Under the pieces are notes generated by a model. That model saw only the letters and a list, made by a program, of their open reading frames with translations. It did not search any database and had not been told where the DNA came from. Made by a program: the position numbers and the translations under genes. From contig JBAZEY010000002.1 in assembly GCA_041653675.1 (NCBI GenBank), positions 12,315 through 76,314 on the forward strand: 64,000 nucleotides of DNA, given 5' to 3'. Position 1 is the stretch's first letter; each line of letters opens with the position of its first letter. This document shows positions 18,483-28,879 of this stretch, one piece after another. The stretch comes from Patescibacteria group bacterium. GTDB taxonomy: Bacteria; Patescibacteriota; Patescibacteriia; XYB2-FULL-38-15.

Positions 18483-20060
18483 TTAAATTAGCGCCGCTCC
18501 AGTCATTTCATCTGGCTGCTTAATGTCCATTATTTTCAAAATTGTCGGAGCGACATCGGCTAAAACCCCAACCGAGGGCATTAAACTAAGATCTGCTTCT
18601 ACCGGAGGAATCGCGGCGATCTGATCCTTTAATTCTCGCCCGGCCAGGATAAAGGGCACAGCATTGGTACTATGTTCTTTATCAATATCTCCGGTTTGTA
18701 AATTAAAAACTTCTTCAGCGTTCCCATGATCCGCGGTAAGCGCCAAAACTCCGCCCATTGGAATTATTATATCCGCTATCTGGCCTACGCACTTATCTAC
18801 GGTCTCCACGGCTTCCACGGTCTCCTTATATTTCCCCGTGTGCCCAACCATATCGGCGTTCGCAAAATTAACCACAATAAAATCGTATTTCCGCGCCATA
18901 ATTTCCTTAATTAATTTTTCAGTAATAATTTTGGCGGACATCTCGGGTTTTTGATCGTAAGAAGCGACGTGCGGTGAAGGAACAATAATTCTGTCTTCTC
19001 CAGAAAATTCTTCTTCTCTCATGCCGTTAAAAAAGAACGTTACGTGAGCATATTTTTCCGTTTCCGCTATGTGAAGTTGTTTTAATCCGGCATCACTTAT
19101 AATTTTTGCCAGGCAAATTTTTACTTTTTCTGGCGGAAAAATAACTTCGACCGGCAAACCCTCTTCATATTCCGTCATTGTGGCGAAAAATAATTTTGGG
19201 AAAAATTTTTCTCTCTTAAATTTATCAAAATCTTTTATAACAAAAGATTTGGTCATTTCTCTCGCGCGGTCAGCGCGATAATTGAAAAAAATTACCGCGT
19301 CATCTTCCGAAATTGTGGCGACTGGTTTTTTTCTTTCCGTAATCACAACTGGAACAAACTCTTCGTCATAAATTTTCTTCGCATATGACGCTTCGATTGC
19401 TTTTATTGGATCAGAAAAATATTCTTCGCTTTTCCCTTCGGCAATGGCTAGATAAGCTTTTTCCGTTCTATCCCAACGATTGTCGCGATCCATCGCGTAA
19501 AAACGTCCGGAAACGGTGGCAATTCTTCCCACACCATACTCTTTAATTTTTTCTTGTAATTTTTTAATAAAATCGGATCCGCTGTTATAAATTGTATCTC
19601 GCCCATCAAGAAAACAATGGATGTAAACATTTTTTATTTTTTGCTCTTTGGCAAATTTCAGCAACGCATAAAGATGCTCACTTGTTGTATGAACGCGCCC
19701 GGTACTCACAAGACCCATCAAATGAAGACTTGATTTATTTTTTTTAACATGTGCGGCGGCGTCTCTTAAAGCTTTATTACTAAAAAAAGAACCGTCACCG
19801 ATGGCTTTATTAATTCTAGGGAGCGTTTGATAAAAAATTCGTCCCGTACCCAAATTCAAATGGCCAACTTCTGAAGTCCCCATTTCTCCCCAAGAAAGGC
19901 CTACTTCATCCCCAGAAGCCCGTAGGGTCATCGCGGGATATGTAGCTATTAATTTATCAACATTCGGCGTTTTAGCGCCTGAAATGGCATTCCCCTTTCC
20001 TTTCGGAGCAACCCCCCATCCGTCTAAGATAGCAAGCACTACTGGTTTTGGACGATTCAT
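18483..20060 (-). CDS. gpmI: 2,3-bisphosphoglycerate-independent phosphoglycerate mutase
   Basis: LAILDGWGVAP N-terminus. Full-length iPGM. Confidence 0.85.
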   Translation of the reverse strand: MNRPKPVVLAILDGWGVAPKGKGNAISGAKTPNVDKLIATYPAMTLRASGDEVGLSWGEMGTSEVGHLNLGTGRIFYQTLPRINKAIGDGSFFSNKALRDAAAHVKKNKSSLHLMGLVSTGRVHTTSEHLYALLKFAKEQKIKNVYIHCFLDGRDTIYNSGSDFIKKLQEKIKEYGVGRIATVSGRFYAMDRDNRWDRTEKAYLAIAEGKSEEYFSDPIKAIEASYAKKIYDEEFVPVVITERKKPVATISEDDAVIFFNYRADRAREMTKSFVIKDFDKFKREKFFPKLFFATMTEYEEGLPVEVIFPPEKVKICLAKIISDAGLKQLHIAETEKYAHVTFFFNGMREEEFSGEDRIIVPSPHVASYDQKPEMSAKIITEKLIKEIMARKYDFIVVNFANADMVGHTGKYKETVEAVETVDKCVGQIADIIIPMGGVLALTADHGNAEEVFNLQTGDIDKEHSTNAVPFILAGRELKDQIAAIPPVEADLSLMPSVGVLADVAPTILKIMDIKQPDEMTGAALI

Positions 20061-20102
20061 AAAACTTATAACTTAAACTTGTCCGCCTTTGGCGGAAAAC
20101 TT

Positions 20103-21665
20103 TTAACTTAATAAACTTTTTTTTGTCATTTCTCTCGGTGCCGTCACTCCCATTACGTCAAGAACGGTCGGCGCGACATTAGCCAAAACTCCTTTTGGCA
20201 ATTTTTTTCTTTTCGGATTTTTAAAACGCGGACCGACCACAATAAATGGCACGGGATTTCTGGAATGTTCGGTGTCAATTTCTCCGCTCCTTGAGTTTAT
20301 CATTTCCTCAATATTTCCATGATCTGCCGTAATAATTGCTGTTCCTTCCCTTCTCCAAACGCCACGAATTATTTTTCCAAGACATTTATCGACTATTTGC
20401 GCCGCCCTGATTCCCGCGGCTAAATTTCCCGTGTGGCCAATCATATCCGGATTGCAAAAATTAACTGCCACAAAATCGTATTGCCCACCATCAATCGCCC
20501 GCCTAACTTCAACAGCAACTTTTTCCGCGTTCATTTCTGGTTGATCTTCATAATGCGGCGTCATGGGCGACGGAACTTTTATCCTCTCTTCTCCATAAAG
20601 CGCGTCGGCATTGCCACCGTTAAAAAAATATGTGACGTGCGCGTATTTTTCCTCCTCAGCAATATAAATTTGCTTCTTATCGCGAAGAACTGCCGGCAGA
20701 GCGCTCAAAATATTGCGCGAGGGATACGCTGTTAAAATATGGGGTAAATCCGGACCGAAATCAGTCATCGCCGCGAAAACAATATTTTTAGGAAATTTTC
20801 TTCTTCTGAACGACCCTGGATTTTTTTTAGTAAAATCTTTCTGTACAAAAGTTTTGGTTATTTCTCTTGCTCTATCCGAACGTAAGTTAAAGAAAATTAC
20901 TACATCGTCGTCGCCAACCGTTGCGATTGGTTTATGGTCATTCGTGACAACCGTGGGCATAATAAATTCATCAGTTTCTCCGCGGTTGTAGGCAGAAGAA
21001 ATCGCCGCTTCAGCCGATTCCGCCGTCGCCCCTTCGCCAAGAACCATAGCATTGTAGGCCGCCTCAATTCTCGGCCATCTTTTTACGCGATCCATCGCGT
21101 AGAAACGCCCCATAATGGAAGCTATTCTTTCGCCGTTATGAAAATGCGTTTTTAATTTTGGCAATAATCTAATCGCGGCAAAACGCGAAGAGTCGCGGCC
21201 ATCCGTAAAAAGATGTAAAAATATTTTTTTAACTTCGCTTTGGTGCAGCAAATCCAAAACTGCGTAAAGATGACCCGGGGAAGAATGGGCACTCTCGCCG
21301 TTTGAAAGCAGCCCCATTACATGAACCTTGCTGTTATATTGTTTGGCATGCCTTATGGCTTCAAGAAAAGCTGTATTTTTATAAAAAGTTCCGTCTTTAA
21401 TACTTTCGTTGATGTACATCGCGTCCTGTTTTACAATCCAACCAGCGGATAGATTCATATGCCCGGCTTCTGAATTCCCTTCTTGATCGTTTGGCAAACC
21501 AACAAACTTTCCGTGAGCGGAAAGCAAAGTATGGGGGAATTCTTCCCAAAGCGCAGTCATCGTTGGGGTTTTCGCGAGGGTTATGGCATTACCCGGCCCC
21601 GGCGGCGCTACTCCCCACCCATCGAGAATAACAAGCACGGTTGGTTTTTTATGATTTTTATCCAT
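20103..21665 (-). CDS. gpmI: Second iPGM paralog in tandem
   Basis: LVILDGWGVAPPGPGNAI N-terminus. Colinear with the upstream copy. Confidence 0.8.
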   Translation of the reverse strand: MDKNHKKPTVLVILDGWGVAPPGPGNAITLAKTPTMTALWEEFPHTLLSAHGKFVGLPNDQEGNSEAGHMNLSAGWIVKQDAMYINESIKDGTFYKNTAFLEAIRHAKQYNSKVHVMGLLSNGESAHSSPGHLYAVLDLLHQSEVKKIFLHLFTDGRDSSRFAAIRLLPKLKTHFHNGERIASIMGRFYAMDRVKRWPRIEAAYNAMVLGEGATAESAEAAISSAYNRGETDEFIMPTVVTNDHKPIATVGDDDVVIFFNLRSDRAREITKTFVQKDFTKKNPGSFRRRKFPKNIVFAAMTDFGPDLPHILTAYPSRNILSALPAVLRDKKQIYIAEEEKYAHVTYFFNGGNADALYGEERIKVPSPMTPHYEDQPEMNAEKVAVEVRRAIDGGQYDFVAVNFCNPDMIGHTGNLAAGIRAAQIVDKCLGKIIRGVWRREGTAIITADHGNIEEMINSRSGEIDTEHSRNPVPFIVVGPRFKNPKRKKLPKGVLANVAPTVLDVMGVTAPREMTKKSLLS

Positions 21666-21744
21666 TTTTTATAAAAATACAAGAACAAAATAACATAAAA
21701 AATAATTTTGTTATTTTGTCCCCTTTTTTATTTTTTTATTTTTA

Positions 21745-22521
21745 TTACTTTATCTCGTAACTCACGGTTACATTAACAAGAATATCCATGCTTCCGCTTT
21801 CAACTGTCGGCGCCGCCGCTTCTTCCCCACCGCCCATTCCGCCCAGATCATAAGATTTATACGCAGAATATGGAGTTTGCGCGTACTCGCTGAAAGAGAC
21901 TATTTTACCAAGACTAACACCTGCCACGCGAGCCAGGGCATCTGCTTTTTCCTTAGCATTTTCCAAAGCTTTCACTCTTGCTTCTTGCCGCAAAGCTTCG
22001 GGATCATCAATATTAAATGACAAACCACTCACTTGGTTAGCTCCTCCTTCACCAGCCGCCGCTAAGATGTCTCCAATTTTGCTCAAATTTCTAATTTTTA
22101 CCGAGACTCCCTGACTTACTTGATAACCTCTTAAAACTTGCTTCCCATTTGGCCAATCATACTGCGGATAAATATTGTAATAACTTGTTTGAATGTCTTT
22201 GCTCTCTACTCCTAAATTTTTTAAATTCGTGATAAGTCTGTTCATTTTTGTCGTATTTTCGAGTTGAGCGCTTTTCACGTCTGATTTTTCCGTCATTAAA
22301 CCTACATCAATCGTAGCAATGTCGGGGATGGCCGTCACTTTCCCTTCGCCAGAAATGGCGATAGTGTCCCGTTCAGCTGAAGGCTTACCAATGTACTGAT
22401 AATTTTTAATATTGTTCGCGACGATAGTCCCAAATACCGCGAAAAGTCCGACCATTACAAGAACGAGAACCACCGTGAAAAGTTTGCTGCTTTTCCACGT
22501 TGGCCAACAACAGTTGTCCAT
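21745..22521 (-). CDS. SIMPL-domain (DUF541) secreted protein
   Basis: N-terminal TM/signal and SIMPL-like core (GEGKVTAIPDIATIDVGL). Confidence 0.55.
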   Translation of the reverse strand: MDNCCWPTWKSSKLFTVVLVLVMVGLFAVFGTIVANNIKNYQYIGKPSAERDTIAISGEGKVTAIPDIATIDVGLMTEKSDVKSAQLENTTKMNRLITNLKNLGVESKDIQTSYYNIYPQYDWPNGKQVLRGYQVSQGVSVKIRNLSKIGDILAAAGEGGANQVSGLSFNIDDPEALRQEARVKALENAKEKADALARVAGVSLGKIVSFSEYAQTPYSAYKSYDLGGMGGGEEAAAPTVESGSMDILVNVTVSYEIK

Positions 22522-22592
22522 ATTTTTTTACAAACGACAGATGACTCGCGATAAACAAAATGTTAACCGCGAACTTAGTCGTTAGTTGTTAA

Positions 22593-23789
22593 TTATTTTA
22601 ATAATGGTTTAATCCCAGGCAAAATTTTTCCTTCCAAAAATTCGAGCATCGCTCCGCCGCCCGTAGAAAGGTGATCAATATATTCCGACATGCCAGTTTT
22701 GCTAACAGCTTCAATTGTTTCTCCTCCTCCAACTACGCCAAAAACCTTTCCTTTTGATCGCGCGGCAATAAGCCTTCCGAGCGCCACACTGCCATGGCTG
22801 TATTTTGGAATTTCAAAATATCCCATCGGTCCGTTCCAAACAATAGTTTGCGCTTTTCTAATAATTTCAGAATATTTTTTTATTGTCTCTGGCCCAATAT
22901 CTAAAAGGGCATACGGTTTTTTACAAAGCACTGCCTTTTTCTTAGGAACACTGACGACCCAGGCTTTCTTTCCCTTAAAATCCCCCACCACAAAATCAAT
23001 TGGCAAAATAATTTTTTTATTTTTCAAAAGTTTTTTTGCTGTTTTCAATTCCTTCGGTTCATATACCGAGGCGCCGATGCCATAGCCTTTCGCCGCCAAA
23101 AAATTATTTACCAGGGCTCCACCCAAAATAATTGAATTAACTTTTTTCAATAAATTTTCTATCACCGAAATTTTTGTGGAAATTTTCGCTCCGCCGATTA
23201 AACCGATAAACGGTTTTGATGGTTTTCCTAATAAACTACTAAGCACATTAATTTCTTTTTTCATCAAAAGCCCGGCATAGCTTGGCAAAAATTTCGGCAC
23301 GCCGACAATTGAAGCATGCGCCCGATGCGCCGCGGCAAAAGCATCATTTACATAAATATCCGCCAAACTCGCAAGCCCCGCAGCAAATTTCTTATCATTT
23401 TTTTCTTCACCTGGATGAAAACGCAAATTTTCTAGCATCATCACTTCGCCGGATTTCATCGCATCAATTTTTTTCAAACCCTTCTTCCCTTCCCAGTCAG
23501 CGGGCGCCGTTCCCTTCATTAGCAAAAGTTTTCCAAGCGTTGCGCCAATCGGTTTCAAACTTAAATTATTTTTTACCTTCCCGCCCGGATCGCCCAAGTG
23601 GCTCATCAAAATTACTTTTGCTCCTTGTCCCAGAAGATATTTTATTGTGGGCAGCGCCGCCCGAATTCTCGTATCATCAGCCACGACGATTTTTGCTCCG
23701 GATTTTTTAAGCGGAACATTAAAATCAACCCGAACCAAAACCCTTTTGCCTTTTAATTTTTTTATTTCGTCAATCGTTCGAAGTTTCAT
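22593..23789 (-). CDS. pgk: Phosphoglycerate kinase
   Basis: RVDFNVP and conserved PGK motifs along the full length. Confidence 0.9.
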   Translation of the reverse strand: MKLRTIDEIKKLKGKRVLVRVDFNVPLKKSGAKIVVADDTRIRAALPTIKYLLGQGAKVILMSHLGDPGGKVKNNLSLKPIGATLGKLLLMKGTAPADWEGKKGLKKIDAMKSGEVMMLENLRFHPGEEKNDKKFAAGLASLADIYVNDAFAAAHRAHASIVGVPKFLPSYAGLLMKKEINVLSSLLGKPSKPFIGLIGGAKISTKISVIENLLKKVNSIILGGALVNNFLAAKGYGIGASVYEPKELKTAKKLLKNKKIILPIDFVVGDFKGKKAWVVSVPKKKAVLCKKPYALLDIGPETIKKYSEIIRKAQTIVWNGPMGYFEIPKYSHGSVALGRLIAARSKGKVFGVVGGGETIEAVSKTGMSEYIDHLSTGGGAMLEFLEGKILPGIKPLLK

Positions 23790-23801
23790 AAATATTTTTT
23801 A

Positions 23802-24059
23802 CTATTTATCCCCCTCAATTTCTTCGAGTTCCCATGAGTCAGCTTTTATACTTTTCACTATCACTTCCGCGCCTTCAACTTTTGTCCCCCGCGCCAAAAC
23901 GCCAATATTAAATTTCAAATTTTCCGGATTTATTTCCGAACCATGTTCAATCACGCTGCCAAGGCCGACAACAATTTTTGTCACGGTTTTCAATTTATTT
24001 TTCTCGGCGTGATCTAAGACTAGCTTCAGGATGCGATCAGCCTCATGTAAATCATGCAT
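23802..24059 (-). CDS. HypA-like hydrogenase nickel-incorporation protein lacking the C-terminal Cys zinc site
   Basis: MHDLHEADRILKLV... aligns to the HypA N-terminal region (MHE.S.A..I). It has no CxxC...CxxC. Adjacent to the hydrogenase large subunit. Confidence 0.4.
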   Translation of the reverse strand: MHDLHEADRILKLVLDHAEKNKLKTVTKIVVGLGSVIEHGSEINPENLKFNIGVLARGTKVEGAEVIVKSIKADSWELEEIEGDK

Positions 24060-24150
24060 AAATAGTATTTTGTATTTAGTATATAGTATCTAATATTTGG
24101 TATAAGTTAAAAATCAAATACTAAATACAAGATACAAAATACCAGATACC

Positions 24151-25416
24151 TCAATGTGTCGCACACGTCATACACGGATCGTATGCCCTGACCATCATAT
24201 TTATTTTCCATTTTCTATCACGATCGTCTTTAATATTTGCCTCATTTAAATATTTTTCTAAATCATTTTCTAAATTATCCAAAAATTGAGCCGTTGGGGT
24301 AATAATATTGCAGGCGCGGATAATGCCGTATTTATCAATTTTATAGTAATGATAAAGCGTACCGCGTGGCGCTTCCGTCGCTCCGAGCCCTTCGCCGTTT
24401 TTCAAAGTGTATTTTACCATTAAATTTCTTGATTTGTCGCGCAAATATTCTTTAAGCAATTTTCTTACTTCTTCAACACAATGAACGAGCTCCACTGACT
24501 GAGCGTAAATATTATGGAAAGTGTTATGTGTTAAAACCTTGCCATTCGGTTTTGGAAAAAACGATAAAAACTTTTTTGCTTCGGGATTCAAATAACGATG
24601 GCTCAAATTCAACCGCGCAATCGCGCCCGGCATAAAACTTTTACCAAGATGGCTTGCCCGTTTGGTCGGATCATCTTTAGTTTGTTTTTCCGAAAGTTCA
24701 TTATAAAACTTTTTCACCGGACGAGTCGACTCCACAGTTGATCCGATTACGCCATCATAAAACGCATATTCGCGCGGCGCAACAAGTCCGGCAAATTCCA
24801 CCTTACGTTCGTATTTTGGATAATCAAGCGCCCGAAAAAATTTCGCCACGCCAATCGCCGCTTCCAAGACCGGCTCGGTTTCATCAATCAATTTTTGAAT
24901 AATTTTATCGTCCAACACTCTTCGAAATCCTCCAATTTCCGTCACAATCATGTGCATATCCCGGCCGCCAACCACATCTTTAATTTTATTTCCAAAATCG
25001 CGGATCAAAATAATTTTTTTCGCGAGATCGGGATATTTTTTTATCAAATCAACATCGCTTTCATATTTGAAAAAATCCGACAAAGACAAAAAGAAAAGAT
25101 GCGCCGCGTGGCTTTGGATCGGCTCGGCGAGGACCAAAACTTTTCGGAGCCGCTCAATCTGCGGATTGATTTTTACGCCAAGCGCGTTTTCAATCGCCTT
25201 GATACTCGTGATATTGTGCGCCACGGAGCAAATGCCGCAAATTCGCGAAGTAACAATCGGCGTTTCAATATAATTGCGGTTTAAAATTATTGACTCAATC
25301 AAACGCGCGCCAATTACAATTTTCAATTTGGCGTTTTTAATATCGCCGGCGAGCATATCGGCAAAAAAACTAGCGTGCCCTTCAATTTTGGCGAGGTGGC
25401 TTATTTTTATTTTCAT
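24151..25416 (-). CDS. [NiFe]-hydrogenase large (alpha) subunit, group 3-like
   Basis: N-terminal RICGICSVAHN and C-terminal DPCMTCATH nickel-binding motifs. Confidence 0.8.
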   Translation of the reverse strand: MKIKISHLAKIEGHASFFADMLAGDIKNAKLKIVIGARLIESIILNRNYIETPIVTSRICGICSVAHNITSIKAIENALGVKINPQIERLRKVLVLAEPIQSHAAHLFFLSLSDFFKYESDVDLIKKYPDLAKKIILIRDFGNKIKDVVGGRDMHMIVTEIGGFRRVLDDKIIQKLIDETEPVLEAAIGVAKFFRALDYPKYERKVEFAGLVAPREYAFYDGVIGSTVESTRPVKKFYNELSEKQTKDDPTKRASHLGKSFMPGAIARLNLSHRYLNPEAKKFLSFFPKPNGKVLTHNTFHNIYAQSVELVHCVEEVRKLLKEYLRDKSRNLMVKYTLKNGEGLGATEAPRGTLYHYYKIDKYGIIRACNIITPTAQFLDNLENDLEKYLNEANIKDDRDRKWKINMMVRAYDPCMTCATH

Positions 25417-25418
25417 AA

Positions 25419-26177
25419 TTACTCTTCAATTCTCAAAAAATCATCTTCCGCGCCGTAGGTCTCCATAATTTCCCTGAGATATTTTTTCCCAACCAATTTT
25501 TCAATATTTTTCAAATGCTTCGTAATTTGCGGCCCAGCGCCCTTAAGCGGCCCGCGGCAACCATAACAAAATCTTTTGCTCCGAAGACAAATCGCTTTGC
25601 ATCCGCCGATCGTAATCGGCCCCATGCACGGCTCACCTTTTTGCAGGAGACACTCGTATCCGCTCGTCTGGCATTCGAAACATACCGGCCGGAGGGGAAT
25701 TTTCGGCGCGCGGCCGAAAGCAAGGTCGGAAATGACGCGATAAAATTCATCTTCATTAATCGGACATCCCGGAACAGTATAATCAACTTTTACAACCTTC
25801 CAAACCGGTACGACGGTCGGATTTTGTATCCGCTGATATTTTGGATAAACGTATTTTACTTTTTCATCCTTATCTTTTTCGGCATAATTTTTTATCTCCT
25901 GAACCCCGCCCAAATGAGCGCAACTGCCGATGGCCACCAAAATTTTTGATTTTTTCCGCAGTTCTTTTAGATATTTTATATCTTCCTCGGTTAACGGTGT
26001 TCCTTCAACTACGGCGATATCATAATGTGGGCGTTCCCGTTTTTCTTCCGCCCAGGCAAAATTTCCCAAATCAAAAACTTGGAAAATGTCTAATAACCTT
26101 TTCCCTAAATTTAGAATCTCCACCTGGCACCCTTCGCAACAAGTCATACTGGCGATTGCAAGAATCGGTTTCGGCAT
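25419..26177 (-). CDS. [NiFe]-hydrogenase small (delta) subunit
   Basis: Cys-rich N-terminus SMTCCEGCQ, plus proximal and distal cluster cysteines. Confidence 0.7.
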   Translation of the reverse strand: MPKPILAIASMTCCEGCQVEILNLGKRLLDIFQVFDLGNFAWAEEKRERPHYDIAVVEGTPLTEEDIKYLKELRKKSKILVAIGSCAHLGGVQEIKNYAEKDKDEKVKYVYPKYQRIQNPTVVPVWKVVKVDYTVPGCPINEDEFYRVISDLAFGRAPKIPLRPVCFECQTSGYECLLQKGEPCMGPITIGGCKAICLRSKRFCYGCRGPLKGAGPQITKHLKNIEKLVGKKYLREIMETYGAEDDFLRIEE

Positions 26178-26231
26178 ATATTATTCATTTATATTATAGC
26201 ACTTTCCGCAAAACCTGAAAAATTGATATAA

Positions 26232-26885
26232 TTGGCGTATATGATATTCAAAAATCGCGTAGACGCCGGCCAAAAATTAGCCGAAACGCTCGGAAAATTC
26301 AAAGACGCCAAAGACACGATTATTTTGGCGCTCCCGCGCGGTGGAGTTGTTGTCGGATATGAGGTGGCGAAAAAATTAAATCTGCCGCTTGATATTGTCG
26401 TCCCCCGAAAAATCGGCGCGCCGGGAAATCCGGAATTTGCCATTGGCGCCGTGGGCGAAACCGGCGAAGGAATTTTCGAGGAAATGGTAATCGGCGCCTA
26501 CGGCATTACCGAATCTTATTTGCAAAATGAAATAAAAAAAGAAAAAGCCGAAGCGGAGCGGCGGCTGAAACTTTATCGCGGTGCTCGTCCACCGCTTGAT
26601 TTAAAAAATAAAACCGTCATTCTAGTTGACGACGGCCTGGCAACGGGACTGACAATGCGGGCGGCCATAAAAACTGCTAAAAAATTCGGCGCAAAAAAAA
26701 TTATTGTATCCATCCCCGTCACCTCGCCCGAAGCGGCGGAATTAGTTAAAAAAGAAGTTGATGAAATAATTTATCTTGAAGCTCCGGCCTTTTTCGGCGC
26801 TGTCGGATCTTTTTACGAAGAATTCGGCCAAACAACGGATGATGAAGTAATTGACCTATTAAAAAATGCATGGTTCGGAAAATAG
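26232..26885 (+). CDS. Phosphoribosyltransferase-family protein
   Basis: VILVDDGLATGLTM PRPP-binding motif. Confidence 0.6.
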   Translation: MAYMIFKNRVDAGQKLAETLGKFKDAKDTIILALPRGGVVVGYEVAKKLNLPLDIVVPRKIGAPGNPEFAIGAVGETGEGIFEEMVIGAYGITESYLQNEIKKEKAEAERRLKLYRGARPPLDLKNKTVILVDDGLATGLTMRAAIKTAKKFGAKKIIVSIPVTSPEAAELVKKEVDEIIYLEAPAFFGAVGSFYEEFGQTTDDEVIDLLKNAWFGK

Positions 26886-26996
26886 AAAATTAAAATATTT
26901 TTCACAATAAACTCCGCCACATCCGGCGGAGTTTTTAAAAAAATAAAAAGGGGCTAGCCCGAAAGCTAACCCGCAAATGTCGTGATGGGATTTACC

Positions 26997-27731
26997 CTAC
27001 TTGTTGAAGTACGCAAGCGTCCGCTTGGTCCAGTATTCGAGCCGCCGCGCCGCGTCTTCATCAATGATCTCGACCACTCTCGCCCAGTGGAAGGCGACGA
27101 GATCACCGACTGAAACGCGCGGAAAAAGCAGCGGATCGCGCGGGACGGAAACATTCCTCTCTTCTTCCTCGAGTTCGGACAAAATCCTGCCGCCTTGGCG
27201 CCGCAATGACTTTGCCGAAACGGTGAGCGTCCCGTTCTTTCCGACGCCGACTACTCTTCCCCAGCCGATGCGGCAAAGATCCTGGCCAACCGAACCCCGC
27301 TCCACCTGGCCGGAGAGTCCGCCAATTACCATGACATGGAAGCTGTGATGCGGCCGGTGCTGATAGTGAACGCGGGCGGCCGCTTCTTTCGCCGCTGGCG
27401 CAGCCATCTTGCCTTCGGCCGCCAGGTTGAGAATCATCGTCTTTAAATCCTCGGGTCGGACGCGGTTCAAAAGGTCGTTCCCAATCCAGTAGGCGTCAAC
27501 TACCCGCAAATCAAGCCAGTCCTCGATACTGTTTGAGGCCGCGATCAACTTCAGGTAGGCCGCCGCCGCGGTAAACTGCTCGAGCAGTTTTCTTGCCTGC
27601 CCGTCACTCACCTTTTTTTTAGTGGTGAGATACTGGTAGAGCTTACCCTTCTCGCTGCCCCGCGGCCCGCAAAGACCGAGTTCGTTCGGATAGAGGGCGT
27701 AACGCGCCGCCCGTGCGTAAATCTTTCCCAT
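26997..27731 (-). CDS. GC-rich protein with C-terminal HypC/HupF-like domain (VGDLVAFHWARVVEIIDEDAARRL) fused to an unknown N-terminal domain
   Basis: Strong SD GGGAGGGAGGAATAAA-ATG 2 nt after the hypC stop. Minus-strand terminator at ~26948-26985. The C-terminal motif matches the HypC GDxVLVHVGFAI..ID.EEA pattern, but the protein lacks the N-terminal Cys2. Confidence 0.4.
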   Translation of the reverse strand: MGKIYARAARYALYPNELGLCGPRGSEKGKLYQYLTTKKKVSDGQARKLLEQFTAAAAYLKLIAASNSIEDWLDLRVVDAYWIGNDLLNRVRPEDLKTMILNLAAEGKMAAPAAKEAAARVHYQHRPHHSFHVMVIGGLSGQVERGSVGQDLCRIGWGRVVGVGKNGTLTVSAKSLRRQGGRILSELEEEERNVSVPRDPLLFPRVSVGDLVAFHWARVVEIIDEDAARRLEYWTKRTLAYFNK

Positions 27732-27732
27732 T

Positions 27733-27963
27733 TTATTCCTCCCTCCCCCTGCTTTTCTCTAATTCACTAAATACAGCAAGGCACTCTTTGGCTTCCCTTT
27801 CGGAAACTTTCTTCATCCCGATATTGCCTTGCACCAATATCCAATCACCTTTTGCCGCTTCCGGCAAGAGTGAGGTGTCAATATTAAAAACTTTGCCACC
27901 ATTTTTAACGGTGGCTTTATTTTTTTTAATCTTTTCAATTTTACAGGGAATCCCAAAACACAT
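27733..27963 (-). CDS. hypC: Hydrogenase assembly chaperone HypC
   Basis: MCFGIPCKI N-terminus with Cys2. About 76 aa. Confidence 0.7.
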   Translation of the reverse strand: MCFGIPCKIEKIKKNKATVKNGGKVFNIDTSLLPEAAKGDWILVQGNIGMKKVSEREAKECLAVFSELEKSRGREE

Positions 27964-27969
27964 AACAAA

Positions 27970-28869
27970 CTAAACCTGGCTTGTTTTTATTTCCTTAATT
28001 TTTGAAATCAAATCCACAGCCACGACAACCCCCACAAACATCAGCAAACTTCCGGAAAAAATCTGCCAATCAAAAATTCCTTTTTGCGCCATTTCAAGTA
28101 AACTCGTTACTGGCGCGCCGAGCGATAAAATGCATACCGCCGTTGAAACTTTAATATATTTCAAGCCCGAATACCAAGTCAAAACATAACCTAAAAGAAA
28201 AACGGCCGTTATCCAAACCCAACTCAATTCCGCCGCTCCTACGCCACTAAGCAATTTTAGTTGACCCGTCGCCGCCCAAAAAATAAAAATAAATAAAAAT
28301 CCAAAAAACATCCTCCCCCAAGCAACAATTTTTGGAGAAATATTTTCCAACGCTTTTTTGGAAATAATTTGCTCCGCCGCCCAAAATAAAGTAGCAAGCA
28401 AAACTAGGAGCTCGCCATAACCAAACTGAAATCCGCCAAAAATTTTTAAAATCAACATATTGCCCAACAAAAGCAAAGACGCGCCAATCACCAAATTCTT
28501 GTTAATTTTTTCTTTCAAAAATAATATCGCCAAAATTATTACATAAACAAACATCGTCTTATGGACGAAAGAAGTAGTAGCGCCACCAGTCAAAGTCAAC
28601 CCCTTGAAAAAAAGTAAAAATGGAATACTGCCGCCAACAAGACCGATCAAAACTAAAGTCAGCCACTCTTTAACTTTTAATTTCGCCAATAATTTCCATT
28701 CTTTAAACCAAAAAATAAGACATAGCAAAATTACAGCCACAACTATATTTTTTAAACCTGTAAAAATATCTGAATTAACAACCTTAACACCGAATTGATT
28801 TACAAAAATGGAAACGCCGGAAATTATTGCCGTCCCTAAAACTAACAAATATCCTTTATTTTTATTCAT
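27970..28869 (-). CDS. EamA/DMT-family transporter
   Basis: Ten predicted TM helices in two EamA-like halves. Confidence 0.6.
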   Translation of the reverse strand: MNKNKGYLLVLGTAIISGVSIFVNQFGVKVVNSDIFTGLKNIVVAVILLCLIFWFKEWKLLAKLKVKEWLTLVLIGLVGGSIPFLLFFKGLTLTGGATTSFVHKTMFVYVIILAILFLKEKINKNLVIGASLLLLGNMLILKIFGGFQFGYGELLVLLATLFWAAEQIISKKALENISPKIVAWGRMFFGFLFIFIFWAATGQLKLLSGVGAAELSWVWITAVFLLGYVLTWYSGLKYIKVSTAVCILSLGAPVTSLLEMAQKGIFDWQIFSGSLLMFVGVVVAVDLISKIKEIKTSQV

Positions 28870-28879
28870 GTTTTTAATA

